Below, in pieces: positions 59,219 through 64,000 of a stretch of 64,000 nt of DNA. The translations under genes and the position numbers were made by a program. The notes beneath the pieces were generated by a model, which saw nothing but the letters and a program-made list of their open reading frames with translations, ran no database searches and had not been told where the DNA came from. The DNA comes from Nitrospira sp. Lineage in GTDB: Bacteria; Nitrospirota; Nitrospiria; Nitrospirales; Nitrospiraceae. The stretch spans positions 45,403 through 109,402 of the forward strand of contig JACOEM010000012.1 of NCBI GenBank assembly GCA_024998565.1, written 5' to 3'. Every line of letters begins with the position of its first letter. The stretch's first letter is position 1.

Positions 59219-61050
59219 TTCTGGGCATCAATGAAGGCATCGACGCCTCCGTTGTGCTGTGCCGGGACGGACGAGTGGTCTTCGCCCTGCAAGAAGAACG
59301 GGTGACTCGGGAGAAGGGAGCCATCGGGTTTCCCTTTCAGGCGGTAATGGCGTGCGTGAAAGCCTATGGCCTGAATGCTCGATGCCTCGATCATGTGTGT
59401 CTCAGCAATCTCAACAGCCCTGTGAAGGAAACTCGTGAAGACTTGCTCCGGTATTACGCACGGAACTCACGCTCCTGGAAGGAACTCGTACTCGGGGGTG
59501 ACTGGTCCGGCGCCGCCTCCAGATGTGCGGGCCTCCTGCCGGCTTCGATAGAGGAACTGGGACGGGGGCGGCAAGTCTCGCGGCGGACGGCGAGAAGTCA
59601 TCCCGCGATTGAACGACAATTGGCGCAGTGCGGCCTCGATAGCATTCCGGTCAGCCGGTTTCACCACCATTCGAACCATGCCGCGGCGGCCTATTACGCG
59701 CTCCGCAAAAACTGGGAGGACGCCCATCTGGTGTTGAGTCTGGACGGCGGCGGCGATGACGCCTGCGCTCGGGTGTATCTGGCTCAGCATGGGGAGTTGC
59801 GATTGCTGGCCTCAACACCCACCGGCCATTCGCTGGGGAACATCTATGCGTCGGTGACGTACCTGCTTGGCATGCGCCCCCATGAGCATGAGTACAAAGT
59901 GATGGGCCTGGCTCCCTATGCGGAGGGGGAGCAGGGTGGGAAGGTGGCGAAGGTGTTCGCCCGGTACTTGGATCTCGATCCCGACAATCCTTTGTATTTC
60001 CGTCGAAAGACACCCGAGCGGACGAGCGCCATTCTGCCCCGGCTGATGGATGAGCTTCGAGCGGTGCGGTTCGACCTCGTGGCCGCAGGAGTGCAACTCT
60101 TTACCGAGGATCTGATGTGCCGATGGGTGGCTGCCGCCATGGAACGGACCGGGGTGCACAAGGTGCTGGCGGCGGGTGGAGTGTTTATGAATGTGAAGGC
60201 CAATCATCGGATCGCCGAACTGCCCTCAGTCGAGTATTTTGATGTGTTTCCGTCCTGTGGCGACGAAACGCTGCCGTTCGGCGCCGTGTGGCAATGTCAT
60301 CTGCGCCGGGGCGGAGCGCTGGACGATATTCGCTTCGACAATATTTATGTCGGACCTGAGGCAGGTGCGGACCTGGCGGAAGCGCGAGCTAGGTATGGCG
60401 ATGCGGTGGAGTTTCAGGAACTCGATGATCCGGAGGCGCGCACGGCCGAACTGCTGGCTCAGGGCCACATTGTGGCTCGTTGCTCCGGACGGATGGAATT
60501 CGGTGCAAGAGCGCTCGGGAATCGCTCCATCCTTGCAGATCCCGGCAATCCGGTCGTGGTGAATGTCATCAACCGTATGATCAAACAGCGGGACTTTTGG
60601 ATGCCCTTTGCACCGGCGGTTTTAGGAGAACAGGCTGAGCGGTATATCCATATTCCGTCGTCGCTGCCCAAGCCGCGGGTCAGTCCATACATGATGCATG
60701 CCTTCGAGACCACCGGGTGCCGTGAAGACTTGATCGCGGCCGTCCATCCGGCGGATCATACGGCGAGGGTGCAGACGGTATGGAAGGATCTCAATCCGTC
60801 TTTCCACGCGCTCATCGAGGCCTTCGGGCGGAGGACGGGTCGGCACGTGTTGCTCAATACGTCGTTCAACCTTCATGGCTTCCCTATCGTTGCCGGGGCG
60901 TGCGATGCGGTGGGGGTGCTGCTGCGTTCCGGCCTCGAATATCTGGTGATCGATCGGTGGCTCGTCACAAAGCGTCGACGCCTGGAGCCGGTGCGTGCCG
61001 CGTCGACTCAGCAAGGTCTTCAGGCACAAAACCTGATTTCGCCCGCGTAG
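59212..61050 (+). CDS. Carbamoyltransferase (NodU/CmcH family), second copy
   Basis: QEERVTR, HHSNHAAAAY, DGGGD, YKVMGLAPY, EFGARALGNRS, MPFAP, LLNTSFN. Confidence 0.92.
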   Translation: MLILGINEGIDASVVLCRDGRVVFALQEERVTREKGAIGFPFQAVMACVKAYGLNARCLDHVCLSNLNSPVKETREDLLRYYARNSRSWKELVLGGDWSGAASRCAGLLPASIEELGRGRQVSRRTARSHPAIERQLAQCGLDSIPVSRFHHHSNHAAAAYYALRKNWEDAHLVLSLDGGGDDACARVYLAQHGELRLLASTPTGHSLGNIYASVTYLLGMRPHEHEYKVMGLAPYAEGEQGGKVAKVFARYLDLDPDNPLYFRRKTPERTSAILPRLMDELRAVRFDLVAAGVQLFTEDLMCRWVAAAMERTGVHKVLAAGGVFMNVKANHRIAELPSVEYFDVFPSCGDETLPFGAVWQCHLRRGGALDDIRFDNIYVGPEAGADLAEARARYGDAVEFQELDDPEARTAELLAQGHIVARCSGRMEFGARALGNRSILADPGNPVVVNVINRMIKQRDFWMPFAPAVLGEQAERYIHIPSSLPKPRVSPYMMHAFETTGCREDLIAAVHPADHTARVQTVWKDLNPSFHALIEAFGRRTGRHVLLNTSFNLHGFPIVAGACDAVGVLLRSGLEYLVIDRWLVTKRRRLEPVRAASTQQGLQAQNLISPA

Positions 61051-61062
61051 AGGACCTGCCGG

Positions 61063-62490
61063 ATGGAATTTTATTTTGTGCTCGCCGCCTCAACGGCAGG
61101 GATCGCGGGTCTCGCCGCCTTGCTCTATGCAAGAACGGGCAGCCTGTCGTTTCCTCTGGGCATCGCGTTTCTGTATTTTTGGTCGCTCCACGGCGGCTGG
61201 TCTATCGTCGCCGACGGGCTGGGCGCCAACAGCCAACAACAGCATCACTATCTGTATCGCAAAGTCTTTCCGGTGGAGTTGAACGGGGAGTATCTCTGGA
61301 CGTTGCTGCTCTATGCCCTGTTTGTCCTGGTGATTGAGTTGACGCTTCTGGCGGTGGTCAGGTCGGATCGTCCCCATAAGGGCCAGGCTTCGGAAGCCTT
61401 GTGGATTTCGCATACGGTCCTCCTCGTCATCGCCGCGCTCGCGGCCGGATCCAGCTTTCTCATCGTGAAGGATCAGCTGGCGACTGCCGTGCTGCTGGGC
61501 AAGTCGGGATATTCCGTGACGCGCGGCGGGCTGGGGGAAATGGTGCCCTTGTTTACCCTGCATCAAGTGCTCAATCGGGTGGCACTGTTTTCTCTCTCAA
61601 TCGGAATTGCAGTCTGGTTCACCGGTCGTCAGGGACGCTGGTTGGCCGGCAACGCTACGTTTGTCACCGGCGCAGGGTATAGTCTTCTGTTGGGCGGCAT
61701 GTTCCTCTATGTGACGGCGCTTGGGAACAAGAACGAACTCTTTTCGGCACTGATCCTCGGCGGCTTTTTCTATCTCGCGAATGCCAGAACGGTGAAGTGG
61801 GGTATTGTGGGAGTCGGCGTCGGATTGATGTTTATCGGCATCGCACTCGTGGATTTTTTGAGAGCCTTTCCGCTCATCGGCCTCTGGGAAGGAATCGACT
61901 GGTGGGAGGCAGTGCAGTGGGTGCCGGAAATCCATGCGAGCAACGAAGCGTTCGGCGCCCACCTCTCACTTTACGGGGCGCTGTATTTTCATTCGCCGTT
62001 GACCTATGGTTCGAGCTTGACGTCGCTGTTGTGTTCGGTCGTGCCCCGGGTTCTCTGGCCGGAAAGGCCCGGGGATATTTATTCGCACTATGCCTCGAGC
62101 GTCGGGATTGTTGAAGGCGTGGGTGAGCAGGGCTTCAGCATTCACCATGCGACCGGCTGGTACCTGAATTTCGGCCTGCCGGGACTGCTGCTCGGTGCGG
62201 TGTTGTGGGGATGGATCTGGGGCCGGTGTTTTAATGCGTATCTCTGTGCGGAGGACACGCGGGCTCGAGGGGGGCGATGGCGGTATGCACTTGCGGTCCT
62301 GGCTCCGTGGGGGTTTGTCGCCTACATTCCTCCGCTGATTCGAGCGGGACTTGAAGGGTATAAGGGACTGGTGATCGAGGGGCTGTTGGTGCCGATGCTC
62401 GTCGTAACAATCGCTTCTTATGGAAGCGGTCTTTTTGCCCGCCTGTTTGCCCCCGTGCCGACGTCCGTCTCGCCGGCGCCTACGGAGTAG
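61063..62490 (+). CDS. Wzy-like polysaccharide polymerase
   Basis: About 11 TM helices with a large periplasmic loop (RVLWPERP); inside a GT cluster. Confidence 0.65.
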   Translation: MEFYFVLAASTAGIAGLAALLYARTGSLSFPLGIAFLYFWSLHGGWSIVADGLGANSQQQHHYLYRKVFPVELNGEYLWTLLLYALFVLVIELTLLAVVRSDRPHKGQASEALWISHTVLLVIAALAAGSSFLIVKDQLATAVLLGKSGYSVTRGGLGEMVPLFTLHQVLNRVALFSLSIGIAVWFTGRQGRWLAGNATFVTGAGYSLLLGGMFLYVTALGNKNELFSALILGGFFYLANARTVKWGIVGVGVGLMFIGIALVDFLRAFPLIGLWEGIDWWEAVQWVPEIHASNEAFGAHLSLYGALYFHSPLTYGSSLTSLLCSVVPRVLWPERPGDIYSHYASSVGIVEGVGEQGFSIHHATGWYLNFGLPGLLLGAVLWGWIWGRCFNAYLCAEDTRARGGRWRYALAVLAPWGFVAYIPPLIRAGLEGYKGLVIEGLLVPMLVVTIASYGSGLFARLFAPVPTSVSPAPTE

Positions 62491-63633
62491 ATGGAAATGA
62501 ATCCGGCAGACAGGCTTCCGTTTGTGACGGTGCTGGTTCCGTGTCGGAACGAGGCGGTCTTTATCGAACGCTGCCTGACGTCGATTCTGAGCAACGGATA
62601 TCCTGTCGATCGCCTCGGCGTGCTGGTCGTCGACGGCAGGAGCGAAGATGGAACTCGTGCCGTGCTGGAGGCGTATGCACAACGCCATGCCTGTGTCCGG
62701 GTGATCGATAACCCCGGCCGGACCACGCCCAAAGCCCTCAATCTCGGTGTACGCGAGGCGCAGGGGGACGTGGTCATTCGTGTGGATGCGCATGCGCGCC
62801 TGGAGCGGGGCTATATCCGGCGGTGCGTCGAGGCGCTGTACGAGCATCATGCCGATGTGGCCTGCGGCCTGATGCGGACCGTCCCCGCAGTGGATTCTCC
62901 GGTCGGGCAGGCGATTGCTGCCGCGTTGAGCCATCCGTTCGGAGTGGGGAACTCATATTTCCGCATTCACGTGTCCGAAGCGACGTGGGTCGATACGGTG
63001 TTTTGCGGCTGTTATCGTAGAGAGGTGTTCGCGCGTGTTTCGGCACCGGAGGGTAGTTGTGCCAGCAGAGTTGTGCCCCTCGCGCCCGCATCGATCGATC
63101 GCCAAGGTCCGTTTAATGAGGAACTGATCCGCGGGCAGGATATGGAGTTCAGTCTCCGTTTGCGGAAGACGGGCGGCCGCATGTTGCTGGTGCCTGACGT
63201 GGCCAGTGAATATTATGCTCGTTCCACCATCGCTGCGTTCTGGCGACAGAATTGGAACAACGGCCTGTGGGCCATGTTGCCCTTCGCCTATGCTGACGGC
63301 GTGCCGGTCTCCTGTCGTCATCTCATCCCGTTATTCTTTGTGACGGCCCTGCTGGCGACGGCCGCTGTGGGTGTCGTCTCACGACCCTGGTGTTGGGTGA
63401 GTGGCGCGATCCTTGGGGTGTATGGCATGGTGAACGTGGCGGCTTCCGTTCATGTGGCTTGGATCAGCAAGTCCTTCTCCCGCCTCTTCCTGATGCCGTT
63501 CGTCTTTGCGGCACTGCATCTGGGGTATGGGCTGGGGTCTCAGTGGGGGCTCGTGCGGTTGATCGGTCTGCCCCGGTTCTGGAGAAAGCTGGGGTTCGCC
63601 GGCGCCGGAGGCGCATCTGCGGTCGAGCGCTGA
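62491..63633 (+). CDS. Glycosyltransferase family 2 (ExoA-like)
   Basis: PCRNE, VVDGRSEDG, RVDAH, DTVFCGCYRR, GQDMEF. Confidence 0.88.
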   Translation: MEMNPADRLPFVTVLVPCRNEAVFIERCLTSILSNGYPVDRLGVLVVDGRSEDGTRAVLEAYAQRHACVRVIDNPGRTTPKALNLGVREAQGDVVIRVDAHARLERGYIRRCVEALYEHHADVACGLMRTVPAVDSPVGQAIAAALSHPFGVGNSYFRIHVSEATWVDTVFCGCYRREVFARVSAPEGSCASRVVPLAPASIDRQGPFNEELIRGQDMEFSLRLRKTGGRMLLVPDVASEYYARSTIAAFWRQNWNNGLWAMLPFAYADGVPVSCRHLIPLFFVTALLATAAVGVVSRPWCWVSGAILGVYGMVNVAASVHVAWISKSFSRLFLMPFVFAALHLGYGLGSQWGLVRLIGLPRFWRKLGFAGAGGASAVER

Positions 63634-63664
63634 CGTTCATGCGGCTAATGGAGATGCCTAGGTC

Positions 63665-64000
63665 ATGAAGCGCCTCTTCGATCTTGTGGTGGCCGCTTGT
63701 GCTCTGCTGTTGCTGAGCCCGCTGCTGCTGGCGCTGGCCGTGCTCGTCAAGCTCGGCGATGGCGGCGCGGTGTTGTATCGCGGCCCTCGTGTGGGTCTGG
63801 GGGGGAGACCGTTTCGCATGTGCAAATTCAGGACAATGCTGGAACGGGCCGATGTGCTCGGTGGTCCCTCGACGCCTGCCGACGATCCACGGGTGACCCC
63901 CATCGGCCGTTGGTTGCGACGGTATAAGCTGGATGAATTGCCGCAGTTGTTCAATGTATGCACGGGAGATATGAGCCTGGTGGGCCCCCGACCGGAGGTA
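63665..64000 (+). CDS. Polyprenyl-phosphate sugar transferase (initiating GT), 3' truncated
   Basis: Hand-translated, not in the ORF track: MKRLFDL...KFRTM...DDPRVTPIGRWLRRYKLDELPQLFNV..GDMSLVGPRPE. Confidence 0.9.
   Translation, partial: MKRLFDLVVAACALLLLSPLLLALAVLVKLGDGGAVLYRGPRVGLGGRPFRMCKFRTMLERADVLGGPSTPADDPRVTPIGRWLRRYKLDELPQLFNVCTGDMSLVGPRPEV

Overview
GC-rich bacterial chromosomal segment, most likely from a Nitrospira-like organism (inferred from recalled protein similarity, not from a search). It has three parts. (1) 1-34.9 kb is core genome: sucD, a B12-binding radical SAM gene, ahcY/metK, a system II cytochrome c biogenesis operon, bamD, fabH-DUF47-pit facing phoBR, and an isoprenoid/hopanoid cluster (ispH, smc, shc, hpnG-like, mlaEFDC, two OM barrels, dxs, ispG). 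(2) 34.95-48.6 kb is an AT-richer tandem array integrated at tRNA-Cys(GCA). Element 1 (8661 bp between att cores) carries a tyrosine integrase whose C-terminus reads through the att site, a zinc-finger gene, an excisionase-like gene, a Rep-like protein, a two-component system plus an exported chlorite dismutase, and an orphan gene. Element 2 (2892 bp) has no int or rep, but keeps the att arm repeats and the same ~280-bp hairpin-rich module resembling a rolling-circle origin, and carries three small immunity/DMP19-like genes. A further att copy is split by a ~2 kb Kef-type antiporter segment. (3) 48.7-64 kb is a surface polysaccharide locus with two carbamoyltransferases, a deacetylase, a flippase, a polymerase, glycosyltransferases and an OM protein built from two tandem repeats. 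The best candidate for an undescribed system is the pair of tRNA-Cys mini integrative elements: one autonomous and one apparently non-autonomous, sharing a rolling-circle-like origin, with a regulated chlorite-dismutase cassette as cargo.
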